DNA of 64,000 nucleotides from Oculina patagonica (Eukaryota): NCBI RefSeq assembly GCF_052425735.1, contig NC_135759.1, positions 30,070,001 to 30,134,000 of the forward strand, read 5' to 3'. Shown piece by piece: positions 35,393 to 48,424 of this stretch (position 1 is its first letter; each line of letters starts with the position of its first letter). The notes under the pieces were generated by a model. It saw only the letters and a program-made list of their open reading frames with translations, ran no database searches and was not told where the DNA came from. The position numbers and the translations under genes were made by a program.

Positions 35393-38300
35393 CTACTTTT
35401 TGCGATGGAAGAAGTCATTATCGTTGAACCAATCAAAAGGCGATTCCACTGGAGACTTGTCTTCCACGCTTCCTTCTTTGAGGCATCTGCTGGAGAAAAA
35501 CCTGGGGACGAAACGAAGGACGAGAATGATAAGAACTGGCGCTTCCACATTTAGTACGAGAATATAAGAAATGACATACAAGGGTTGCCACTCATTAGAA
35601 CCCAAAACATTCCCTGACTTTTCACTGACCTCAAAACAATTTTCACTGACCTTGCAATAGGCGAATTATCAAATAAACAAAATCCACTTTTACATTTGCT
35701 TCAGCTTCTTCTGCAGACCATCGATATTCTTCTCTTCATTTTCGATCTCTTTAGGTTTTTCACGGGATTTTGAACGCATGGCATTTGAATTCCCTGACTT
35801 TTCACTGACTTTGACAAGAACTAAGATTTTCCCTGACTTTTTGCAAAATTCCCTGACTTTTCCCTGTCCTCGGTTTTTTTTTTGTTTTTCCCTGGCTATT
35901 CCCTGACCGTGGCAACCCTGTAAATATAACATGTAGCCCACGATAGCAATACAGTAAAATGTAAAGTACAAGTGTCGCAAGAATTATTGTCAACTGGGAA
36001 ATACTATCTTGAAGTAGACATGTACATTATACAACACCAAAATATCATAACTGGCTGACATTGCTTTTATTGCTTAATCAAAGGCACCAGTCCTTGTAAA
36101 TGTATCGTAGCAGGTTTTGCCCAGACCCCTTTATCTATACTTGCAATAGGGAAAGAGGCTGTGCATTTCTTCCTACAGTGGAACCCCGTTAATACGGCCA
36201 CCAACAGGCCACTGAAATTTGGCCCCATATTATAAGAAAAAAGATAAAAAGGTGACTGTAATACGAGGTGGCCGTAAGGCGGGGTTCACTGTACCTCATT
36301 ACACCCATGCAGTCCAAGCTTGAAATACATGTAGTTGGGTGAAACCTCACAATTTGACGCTTTACAAGGTCTACAAAGCACAGAGCCAAACTTACCCAGT
36401 CCGCATACACTGCAGACCCTCAGTACATTTAGGTGGGTCTCTTGATAAAATTCCTTTGGTGCACGATTCTCCGTCCTTCTTTAGCTCTTGGCACTTTCCA
36501 CCCTCAAACACATGGACAGAGCAGAAAAGACCTGAATTGCACTGGCTGTCATCATCACATGGAGAATCAGCAAGACCTGTATGCTCTGAAGAACAGAAAA
36601 ATAAAACAGTCATGTATGTGGGAAAGTGAGGGGTGTGTAGCCTAATGACTAGACCACTAGACTGAAACAGCCAGCAGTCAGCCTGAGCTTAACTAGAGTC
36701 CTCAAGCCTTGCTTGTTCAAAGGGTAAACAATGCTTAATCCACCTGATAAATCACTATCCAGTGAATAGCATAGTATATTCTGTGGACACTTACACTTTG
36801 TATCCACTGGATAGTGATTTACCCATTGGATAACATTATCTACACCATACTGTCGGAAAAAGTGAGTACAGTTGAGTTCTTGTGCAAGGTACTTTGCCAC
36901 CATGCATAAAAAGCAGTAGTGTAGCAGCTCTTGCAAGCTGGCAATTTCTTGTAATTCTCTAGTGTAATTAGCAGCTGCTATTGTTTTGGGGGCTAGGGGC
37001 ATTGTTCCTGACGTTTGCTGTATTGTATACTTTTCTCGAAGGGTCCCAGACCCAACCAAAGGGTATAAATACATGTACTGTATATGTTGTTACACCCAAA
37101 AGAAACTTGGAGACGGATGGTTGAAATGGACATGGGGCCACCTCAAATGAGCAGCAGCCGACCGTAGCCAATGGCGCTATCTGGTTGAGGCCTTATGTGC
37201 ACCCATGCATGAAGAGGAGTAACTAACTAACTAACCTACAATAGTCACGACATCCTTCTGGGGGACTAAAAATGAGTTAACACTAAGCATAACAACAATA
37301 ATTATTATTGTGCAGTGGGCTAACCCTTATCTGAATTCCTACCTGGTTCAACTTTACAAGTTCCCAATTTGCAAACTTTTTTTCCACAACACTGGTCGTC
37401 ATTAAAACATCCAAAACCATCAATACACTGTTGGCACTGATAGGTGAGTTTGCTGCAGAATTTATCTGCACTGCAGTCTTCTTTCTTGGTACAATCAGCC
37501 TAAAATTATAAAAGAAGTAATGCACAATTCAGAAAATCATGTTTTAAAGGAGCCCTCTAGAAAATTTGAAATCTAGAAGCTCTGAAACTCTTTGAGAGAC
37601 ATTTTTCATGAGGTAATTCTTGAGAAAAATCAATTTTATTCAACTAAGGATTGTTTTCCCAACAAAACATAATTATTTTGTTTTTTTTAATTTTTGGTAG
37701 AAAGCTAGACGAGGCAGGTGCCTTGTCTAAAGCCTCTTACTAGATACAGCCCTGGCTTAAAAGAAGATTAAACTAATAAGGTCTGTTTTAGCTAAAAAGC
37801 TTTTACACATTTGGTAATCTTAAAAAATAAACGTTTTTTTTTCCGTTTATTCTAAAGGGAAAATCAGATTAATATCACCTACATCAATTAACTAAAATCT
37901 CACTGAGGGTTGCTTGGTTACTATACTTGCAATCGGCAAGAATTTATGTTGAAATACAAAAGGTTCTTTTTTCCCCTAAAGAGGTGTTGAATGGTAAATG
38001 CGAGACTTTGCGAGACGGCGAGACTGATATCTTTTCTGCGAGCCTCAGAGACCTTTTTAGCCTTGCAAAAGACATCAAGACTCCAAGAAGGCCTCAAAGA
38101 AAAATTCAAGACGATGAGACCCCGGAATATTGGCTAAAATTTTGCAAGACGCATTTTTTGAAGGACCATTCGCCACCCATCCCTAAGAAAAGACCCAAGG
38201 GCAGGACCTCACATGCCCTTGTAAGGATGGAGAAATATAACAACAACAAACGATTCATTCTGCTTTTAAAATTTCATGCAATATGTTTCTTGGCATTACA

Positions 38301-39570
38301 TAAATAACTGAACAAACTTAGCATTTTTTTAATTTTTGGCCTCCCTGGTTAAGAATTGGATCAACCTGGTGGATTTTTGACTGTCACGGGAGACTTTTTG
38401 TTAAACCCTTGTGAAAAACCAGGTTTTACCAGATCTGTTACAGAGGGTTGTTTACAAATTGAATAAAACAACACAATTTGTTTCATATACTTGTCAGCGA
38501 AAACCAAACAAATAGTAAAAATGGGAGTTGGATTCTTTTACATAAAATAAATTCAAATGTTATTACTTCCTAGGGATCAAGCTGATTTTGTGAAGCCATG
38601 TGTCACAAATTGTTCTCATCATCTCCAACCATGTTAAATAAATGCACTTCACTCAAAAGTCTAGAAAAACAGATCATCAAATGTCTCTCATAAGAACTGA
38701 TAAACTCTAATCAATCTACTTTAAACCTGGAGTTTCTTAAACAAAAAAAACATCGTAATTGATTATTCCACCTACAGCCCAACTCATTTACATGTGTCAC
38801 AAGAACAACGAGGTATAAAACAATCACAAGTGTTCTTATTCAATGAGATGCAACTGTCTATAAATGTTTGATTAAGGAGACTCCTAGATATTCTTTAAAA
38901 CTTGCTATCCACCTCAACAAAACACATTTTAAATAAGTGCACATTTTCATGATTTTCGACTTTCGCATCAGAACTGTTACCATGATTACAAGTCAAAACA
39001 TACGCGGCATGCGATCAACCCTCCAGTCTGCCTTGAAGCTTTTGAAATTTGCATGAAACACGTACCCGTAACATAAACGAATGCCCCCTCGTGCAAGACA
39101 ATAAATGCTGTATATATAGTTTAAAAACTCTACTTAAATCAGCCTAAAAAGATGATTAAAAGACACATCTGAACAGAAGTGAAGCGTTCGTTTGTACATT
39201 GAAAGCTTACCTTCATCCCTGGCCCGTTGTTTTTGACCTTTCGTTGAATAGTTCCATTTGGAAATCGAAACACTTCAATTGTCTTACTGCTGGAGGTTTC
39301 GTTCCCTCCTTCTGGTTTCTTCCGCTCGTATATCTTTGTTTCTTCATGGGTTCCTTTCTCGTCTGTCTTTTGCTCGTACGATTCGACCTTGACATGAAAT
39401 GAGCTCGAACTGCTCGATTCGGATCTTCTCTCCGAATTACCATCCTTCCTAACTTCAATGTGATGATGATCTGGCCTAACTGCAGAATACCCCGCCACAA
39501 GATCGGCCAAAGATGTTCCACTGTTTACCAAGAAGAACACAGAAACGAAAAGTGCTGTGAAACCTCTCAT
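35393..39570 (-). CDS. DKK3-like: Dickkopf-related secreted protein (Dkk-D), 4 exons, ~271 aa
   Basis: Exons 39570-39211 (signal MRGFTALFVSVFFLVNSGTSLA), 37499-37343 (ADCTKKEDC...QCCGKKVCKLGTC, 10-Cys CRD1), 36585-36396 (CRD2) and 35501-35393 (FFSSRCLKE...FFHRKK*). Phases 0/1/2, same layout as Dkk-C. Confidence 0.85.
35579..35920. mobile_element. MITE with (c)agggttgccac TIRs
   Basis: agggttgccac at 35581 and gtggcaaccctg ending at 35920; many internal ccctgactttt repeats. Confidence 0.75.
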
Positions 39571-42538
39571 TTTGCGGAGTCAGAGAACTCTTCACGGCAA
39601 AGGCGAAACGCAACTCCTCAATGACAAAACAAAATAGTTTACACGTAGTGTAAGAAGTCATGGAAACTCCATCAAAATTATCAAATGTCCCGGATGTTTC
39701 TATAAATAGTCTTGTCAACTTCTCGTCAGCCAAAAAAAAAAACAGTCTCCGATCCTAGAAGTGAAAAATCATTTGTTCCTGATTTTCTTACCTATTTTCT
39801 CTGATCACTGCCGATCGTTGAACCGCTGTACGTTTCTTCCCGATAAGAAAGAGCCGGGAAGCTGTGAACAGTTATAGTTTTTAGAGGCCTTGTCTGTATG
39901 AAGAAGGAAGGACAGAGTCGGTAAAAAACGGCTCTAGGCCAGAGATTCCCGAAAAATTCCCGAAGTGTTTTCGATTTAACACTGCGGCCTCAGTCACTAA
40001 TCTGGTTAGTGCTAATGTCGGGAGAATTCTCTACAATCAGGGATTTCATTTCTCAGATGTTCCCAATATTTGCAAGGGAATGTCTATTTCGTGATCATCT
40101 TTTATTTCACTTGTTATTAGTCTTATTAGAGAGGGCATTTCTTTGATTCAGGCCTAGTGTTTGCTCACTTGATCGCAAAATAGACACGGAAGACGTCCAT
40201 TGCAGAAACCTGGAGGAGCTGAAGCGTCTGGAAAATAAATACGCTTTCTATTTTCCCGAATTGTCCTAGACTATCTCAGTGGGGACGGAACTAGCGGGAG
40301 GGGCCGGGGCGGCCTGGGACCCCACCTTACTTTTAGGCTAAATAGAGGCCGTAGGGCCGAGAAAAAGTATTTTTGATAGCGGGTCTCCATCTTATTGCAG
40401 GGTCCGAATGATCAGGCCCCCACTTATCTGAAGGTCTGGATCCGCTACTGTATCCGACACTGTCAGGGACACGCCTGGCTCACACGTGCGACGCTAAGCA
40501 AACGCAAATTTAAATGCAAAGCGGCGACAATCACACGTAGATCGCAATCGCAAGGATTGCAATTTAAAAACGTTAGGCAAACGTTTTTAAATTGTTTCCG
40601 TGCGTCTTCAAAATATCGATATTTATAGCCGTAGCTTAAATTCTATCCACAAATACCTTAAAAGGTTATATCTTCCTTTAGATGTTCAAAGATATTGGGG
40701 TTTTTTTATGGGTTAGGTTGTCTTCCACTAATTTCAGAACCGTTTAGACCAAAAATCTGCAAAATCTCCGTGACATAGTCCCGTTAAGGTTACTGTAGAC
40801 CTTCAGAGGCCAAATTTTGCGAAAAAAATTTTCTTTGCTCATTCTAAACCTAAAACACTGAATTATAGATTGGTGAAAAAAGTAATGTAAAATTGTTAAA
40901 TGGTGGCGAGATATCGAGGAAAAACTTTTTTTCAGAAAAGTTAATAAATAGCAAAAGGTGTTATAATCCTCATTAAACATGGGGCGCTCCGTACATTTTT
41001 CGCGGCAAACTTCATCTGGCGACTCGAGTTACGCAGATTTGAATGTTTTATTTACATCGAAAGAGTTGTGCTGTTCAGCGCGGGTTAGGTCCACAAGGAT
41101 CAGTGAATTTTCGTGCAAAAGTCTAAAAAATGATATAATGAGTTCGTCGAAAAGAGAGAACACAACTTGGACGAAACTTCGTAACAAGCCAGGAGCAAGA
41201 AAATGAACCGAATATTCTCCACTCCTTGCGCTTGCGTTATGCTCGTTCACGTGTGTTTTTCCTTGTATTTGTGTTTGCGTTTGTATCGCTCGTGTGAACC
41301 AGTTCCTTTTCATAGGTCAGGAACGTCTGGGATGCTCGAGGAACACAGAAATTCCCAACCGTCGGGGATCTACTCTACATACGAAAACAAAGCTTTAGTG
41401 CTAGGTCTCCCCCTCAGTGGAGATCAAGCCTTTAGTCTTGGTGAAACAGCCCCAAACATTGCCGTACTGTGCGCCGCCCGCCCCCCCAGTAGCCTTCTCT
41501 TTTCCTTGCCCTTTTTCAACAAATCAAGAGCCACACAAACTACACAATTTTTATTTTTAAAAATACAGACTTTATTGCATGCAAAAATAAATGTTTGCAA
41601 GTTCTCTAACGATACGAACATTTACAAGTGCTAATACACAATTAACTCGACTACTTAAACTGTTTTACAACATCTTGAAAGAGTTGAAGCGCGTAGAAAT
41701 ATCACAATTGCACAAACGGCACCTGGTCTCCAGGACTTATTCAAGAAAGAAACGAGCCAGACAATAACCACGGACAAACCCTCTCGTTTAAGATTTTCCC
41801 GATTCTATGACTTAGTTACAAAATGTCTTAAAATGGTGGTTTATATTTACAAATTCGTTTGCTATATTCTTTTCCGATTCATGCAAATGTCTACACATTT
41901 TTAAGCTAAAAGTCCAAAATGTGAAACTATAAATACAAAAATACTCTTGACGTTCGCTTGAATGTCCTACTATAAACCTACCTCTTCGATCATTGGTCAA
42001 AGTTATTACTTTAGCACAGCGTAAATAATTGAAGTGAATATTTGAAGTGATTTCCATTTTGTGAACTTGTGCGCCAATGACAACAATAGTTTAATTTGTT
42101 TAGTAAATATGACTTAAAATTGTTGTATTATACAATTCACATACTAGCGTCTATTGTCTGGAAATGTCCCATTCAGTTTTGCACGAGTTGGATGGATCCC
42201 TGCGATTTGTAATTAAATTCCAAAGATGACATACATATGAAGCAATTTGTCTAAATGGAAAAATATATCAAAATAATAAAAAATTCTAACTGCTTTATCG
42301 CCCATGAAAATATGATTTTCTAAAAAAGAAGGTACTTTTAAACAAGGCTCTTGAAGCCACATGTACAAAAATTAAATGAGAACTGCGTGAAACGGAAGTT
42401 GCCTTTTCGTCTTTGAAACAAGAAAAATAGGCTTTAACCTGCGGCATAGATACTATGCATGTCAATGTAAACTGAATGAAGTTGAAATAATGTGAGAATT
42501 CTTGAGACAGACGCACAGACCGAACCTCTCTTTACTCT

Positions 42539-42779
42539 TTAACAGTTGGACTCGAGTGGTTGAGACAGCCTCGCTATGGCGTTCTCCAGAGTCATTCTAT
42601 GTCCCAGGCTTTTGACTCCTAACTCACGCAGTTCAGCCTTGTTTAGATCAGGCAGGTGGGCCCCTTGGATGTCGTTTTCTCTGAACGTTTCCTTATACTG
42701 TGACATGTTAATAGAGTCCAGCCAGTTACACACGTCGTCACAATCCCAGTCCAACACTGGTTTGTCCATGTACGCTTGC
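42539..42779 (-). CDS. SHANK: SHANK terminal exon, SAM domain
   Basis: DKPVLDWDCDDVCNWLDSINMSQYKETFRENDIQGAHLPDLNKAELRELGVKSLGHRMTLENAI is a SHANK-type SAM domain. Confidence 0.93.
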
Positions 42780-45700
42780 CTGAAAGAAAATCCACAACAG
42801 ACAACGTTCAGTTCAAGTGTTTAATCAGCCCCCAATCATTAAGAGATCTGCTGTAAACAAGATCTATATAAAGTTTTTATTCACAATAAAGTTGAGGGTT
42901 GTAAAGAGGGGTGAAGGGTGATCCAGATCTTACTGTGTCATAACACTTACTGATGACGGCCGCAAAATTGGACAACCTGAAAATCAATTCACAGATCATC
43001 GTTGCGGAGCGCGGTTACGTGGGGAATCGTGTTTCATACTGTAACTTACATATTTGTGGTTCTTTTTTTCTTATATCTCTCTCTCAAACTTAGGCGTTCA
43101 AATTAAAAAAAGGTATGTTAATTGTTGCAACAAAAGACTTGTACTTACATCGGCCGAGAATATCCACTAAATATAGACGAAATATCTGTGAACGACACTG
43201 CTTCCTATAAGAAAGAAACAAATATGTTTGTACATAAGATAAAATCTTTTTTGAACTCGTCGGGTCACTACCAACACGAGCCACATGGTGCATCCATTAT
43301 TTGAAGTCTAAGAGCCCTGAAGACTTTCACAGAACTGTTACCACAGAGAAAAAAACTTACTTTTACGAAAGAAACGATTCTACAATGTCGAGAAACGTAC
43401 AAATGTAACAAATGTCGTCAAATCCTCTAAAACGAGTACTTCTATCTAAAAATGCCCCCAGCCATGGGCACCTGAGAAAGGTTCCAATCGTCAAGACTGC
43501 TTTTAAATTTTTTCTACTCTTTCGGTTCATTCTCTCCTCGCCCCAATTTTCTGTCCCAAGCGGAATCTAATAGAATGAATCTAACAGGGCGTTATCAAGG
43601 CAGTGATTACCGTAGAGAAAAAGTATCACAATATGCCATACCGTAAAACTCTGGTTATAAGCCCTGGGCTTATACAACTTCGTAAGGGGTTTTGTGTGGG
43701 CTTATAACTGGAGGATCGTATATCTCGGAGGGCTTATAAGCGGAACAAAAAAAGCGTTTCGAAACGAGCCATGGCCGGGAGTGTTGATTGAAATACGGTT
43801 TACAGTAAGTTAAAAACGCATAATAAAGCAACTTTTAGCCCTGTTCAGTAATGTCATCCAGCAGAGTGGGGGGGGGGGGGCTTATATCCGGCAGCGTGGC
43901 TTATAATCAGATCTATTTTTTTTTTTGTTTCCAGGTAGATGGGCCTATAACCGGGGGGCTTATAACCGGAATTTTGCGGTATACAGCCATACTTTCTCAT
44001 TTTTTCATACCCTTTACTTTTCCAAGCGGAGAACCACTACCCTACCTTACTGCTATCATCGCTCCCTGCCGATGGCGACGGGCTAGAAATCCTCTCGCGG
44101 TCTTCTTTGGGGTAAGATACTGGAGTCTTTGATTCCCTGGGAGAAAACTCCGGTGGGGGAGGTAGCGGCGGGGAATCTAACGCCGTGTATGGTTCATCAA
44201 CAGAGTCCGTAAATAATAGAGGTGGTGGCGGTAATTCAAAGTTAGAAATCCCATTTGTCTTATCTTGTACGGGCGTTTTTAACTCATCGTCAATATTTGA
44301 CTCTAAAAGAGCCACTTTTTCAAGAGAAGTATCCTTTTGTGAATCAGTTCTAGTGATGGAATCCGTTCTCGTAGAATCTCTTAGTTTCGGTGTTAACGGT
44401 TCAACAACATCGATATCATTGTAGTCTGTTTGAGATGAAGTTCTTATAGGTTTGGGTGAGACCTCTCGTTTAGACTCGATAGTCAACTTAATTTGAAAGC
44501 CTTTCTTTGTGGTAATAGTCTTGGTCATTCTCTCTGGTTCAGATGTCTTATTGGGTATACTCTCCTCTGATTGCGAGCTACACTCGTACCACGGTTTTGA
44601 AGTATTTTCCACGCTCAGTTCATGGTGCTCCGGCGCCGGCCATACCGGCGGAGGAACAAATATCTCTGTGCTCGAATCACTGCCACTGTTCCAAGAGTTC
44701 AAACTCCAGTTTTCGCTCTCTGCTTCTTTCCTTATTACCTCATCTAAAAGCATTACAGATTGATCCTCCTCTGACATGACCGGAGCAGGGATGTCAAACG
44801 GAAGAGACCGTTCTCCCACGCGATTAGGCGAGCGATCTCCTGACAACGAAAGCTTTCTTTGATCAATAAGTTCTTGTCCTTTTTGCCTGCGTTGTTTCAA
44901 GTCTGGCGAACTTAACCGCTTTTTTGGCGGAACAGGAGGGGTAGGTTTCCCACGAGAATTTACTGCTCTCGCCTCCACCACTAACGGTTTAATTCTGTTG
45001 TTATTCCTTTCCGGAGAATAAAGCCGTTTCTCGTCACCAGTCTTGTTAGCCTGGTTCTCGGTCTGCCCTGCTGTGACCAAGTCAGTATCCGAATGAGACT
45101 GGGTCGAAATGCGAGCTGCACGCGCAGCTACAGCCTTTGCAAGTAAATTGGTATGTTGCATGGCCAAATTTTGCGAAGAAGCTGGGGCTGATACTTTCCT
45201 CACCGGCGAGTTAGCCTTTGACAAAGCCGCATTTTCTTTGGCCGCAGATTTCAGTTTCGATTTCTTAGCAGATAACGCATCAGGTGTAATTAGCCCCTTT
45301 ATGACTGGCGTCGCAGGCATGTCAGTTTTCTTTGTAGTAGGAAGAGTAGGTGGCGGTGGTACAGCGGGTTTAGCACGGACGCCAAGCTGCGGAGGAGGAA
45401 TTGGTGCTGCAGGCGGTTTAGCAGTTGTATGAGCACTTGGTTGACGATCGAGGCTGACTGGTTCGGATAACTGTCTCCTGAACTTGTCACTCCCTGTCAC
45501 GCTAGTTTTGTCACTCCCTGTCACGCTACTTTTACGGGCAGACTCCGCGGAATCCAATGACGACTGCCTGTTCATGTCACGTGTTGGGGAGGTCGGAGAT
45601 GTATAGCGACGGTAAATATCAGCTGAAGAAGCCACTACAAGTCCCTGTTGTTTGTTTACATTATTCTGTTCGCTCTTTGGAGACGGACTGTCCTTGTTAT

Positions 45701-48357
45701 TTCTCTGTTGTTTCTCCTGTTGTCGAGGCATTGTGTTATATCGTTCATTTTCCTTAGCTCTGACTGACGATCTGTTACCATTACTATCATCTTCGACGAA
45801 CTGCTCTTCAAGACAAGTCATAATTTCACTGCGAACTTTCTCGGATGATTCTACCTTCTTACGAGGGCTGAATTTCGACGGTGCACTAGCCTTCCTTTCT
45901 CTTGGATCCGTCAGCTTAAAAGCCGATGGGGTCTCCAATTCAGGAGCGGAATTCTTCCGACTCATCCGTTGTTCTCTAGCCGCGACAGCTTCCTGAAGTG
46001 CATCTGATAAACTCTGAGGTTTGGGCGGGACGGGGGGTTTGTCTGGCTTGTTTCCTACTGTCGCGTCTCCACCGGACGTTTTTACTGACGCTCTAGAGGC
46101 AGCTGTTTCAACTGCCGGGCTCGATTCGATGACCTCCACAGCAGTTGCTACGACTGTGACCTCAGGCTTAGCTTCAGTACTCTCTACTGCAACCACGGTG
46201 GCTTTCACAGGCGTGGCTACAACAGTCTCGACCTTATTTGAGCTTGCTGATCTTGGTTTGTTTCTGTCCAGAGTACCGTAGCTAAACGGCCTGTTATACG
46301 CCATGTCACGCTTCGCTTCGTTCGGAGGGGAGCCGTGACCGTTCATAAAGTCAGAATCATTGATAGCATTGTCTAGGTTCGGAGTTGACTTCGATGTCAA
46401 GGCGTATTTTGATAGCGCGGTGTTATCCTCAGATACCGATCGTAGCAGCCTGGGATCGTTAGGGACGACTGGCATGGCCACAGGTACCGCGGCAGACAGA
46501 GGCCGCTTACCAACAACAGAGTCGTAAGATGGAGGTAACATGCTTTGCACTGACTGAGCTCTTTGATAAGTGTTTTGCCCAGACCTAAGATCAGCGCTTG
46601 AATTGCGTTTCACTATATTTTTCCCTCTCATTTGCACGCCCACTGGTTTACGAGCCTGCGGCTTCTGTCTCTGAAGACTGTGCCAGCGGTTTTCTTTTGA
46701 CACTGTAATGACGCTGTCCACGCGGTAGTTCGCGGGCTCTTCGTAGCTATCACCCATGCTCATCTCTGTAGGAAAATACAAAAGATTGTAAAACACAAAT
46801 AACTTATTTCGCTTTCACTGCAAAACAGACATGTCAAATTTTTGTAACACCTTTGATAAGTGAACAGTCGGCACTATTTTTGAGAGAGTTCGATTTCTCC
46901 AAGCAATATTTATTTTTTTTTTCGCGTTGTCCTTTTGAAAAATGTTACTTTCGCAACCTGGTGTGAAGTCCAAACCGCCCTTTATAATAAAACAAAGAGA
47001 AGAACTACTGACATTGAAGAATGTGATCCTTATCAACTGTGAGTGCACTTTGGAGATAAGTTTTATTAAATAAGTGTTATTCTGGACAGAGCTACAATTT
47101 AGTGTTAAATTGGTTAATCAAGAAAACTCTCTTCGTGTACTGGCCACAACGTTTACAATTAACCCTCCTTTGGTCTTCTTGTGTAACCACTATAACAAAG
47201 TATTATACCATAACGAGAGTTAGGTGGTCGTGTGCATAGTTGTACAAACGATCTGGGTACTAACCAAAGAGCGAGGGTCGACTGGAAGAGAGTGTAGTCA
47301 TTCGACCCAGGGTCAGTGTCGTTGACGGGTCACGGTTAGGAGGAGGCGGGGGAAGTTTAGAACCTAAAAGACGACAACGTATGGAGTTAACATGAATGAA
47401 GCTGCAATATAAAATAATGGAAGAAACAGGTTGATTTAGCTTACAACTACAGTTAAACAAAGACAGAGTAGTAGTCAGGGGAAGGAAGAAAAAGGTTGAA
47501 ATAAGATGGTACGTATGATGTAAAGGTGAAGTACGTTATTATCATAAGCATCACTTTTAATTTAAAATTACCTTCAACAGAAGAACACAATCATTAGTTC
47601 GATTTAAATGGTTAGCTTACAACTAAATGGCCAGTGATTTGCTACAACTTCAGTTATACTTACACATTGCAGATTAGAAAAGTATTAAAACATTTACAGT
47701 GTTACTGCGAAATAAGAAATCGTACAAGAATCAACCATAAGGACACTCAGAAAAAACATTCTGAGAACCAAATGGGATTCGAACCCACAACCCTCCAGCA
47801 ACACATGCCTAATCTCTTACCCATATCTTCCCAACAGTCGGAGAGACGTGAGTAAACATCTGGGTACGAGATTAACACATGCCCCATGGCTTATATGTGG
47901 GACCACTAACCCTTTCCTCCGGGGAATGCAATGGTATCGCGGGAGAGATTTCTCACGTGACCACACATACCTTTACCGTCCGAATGATCGGTTCCATTCA
48001 CCGACGGACTCTTCACTGTTACTATTTTCAACGTGACTGCGTCGCCGCTCATTTTAATCAACTCCACCACGTGACCATGCGTCGCTGTGGTAACGTCCTC
48101 GCCATTAACCTAGAGATGACCGTTAGCCAGAGAGCCTGGTTAATAGCTATAAAGTAAATCAGCCGTCTTTCGACCTGACAATACAAACACCACTGACTTC
48201 ATATGGGGTTCTAATAAAGCAAAATGCAATTCATTGTGCAAGTTAAAGGGACTATGTCACGGTATTTTATTCTTTTTTTTTTTGAAAGAAATTATTTTTT
48301 TTTATTAATAAAATTTTTTTTTTTTTCCCGGGTTTAATTATTGATTATTTTTTAAAT

Positions 48358-48424
<67 letters not shown>

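Noticed and set aside
37927-38307. 126-aa + strand ORF in Dkk-D intron 1
   Set aside because: Non-ATG start and no motif; includes repeat-like gagac words and is probably TE-derived.
44185-46281. Several + strand ORFs of 66-114 aa
   Set aside because: Antisense shadows of the SHANK Pro-rich exon.
47755-47800. tRNA B-box-like fragment (gggattcgaaccc)
   Set aside because: Isolated fragment of a repeat; no cloverleaf.
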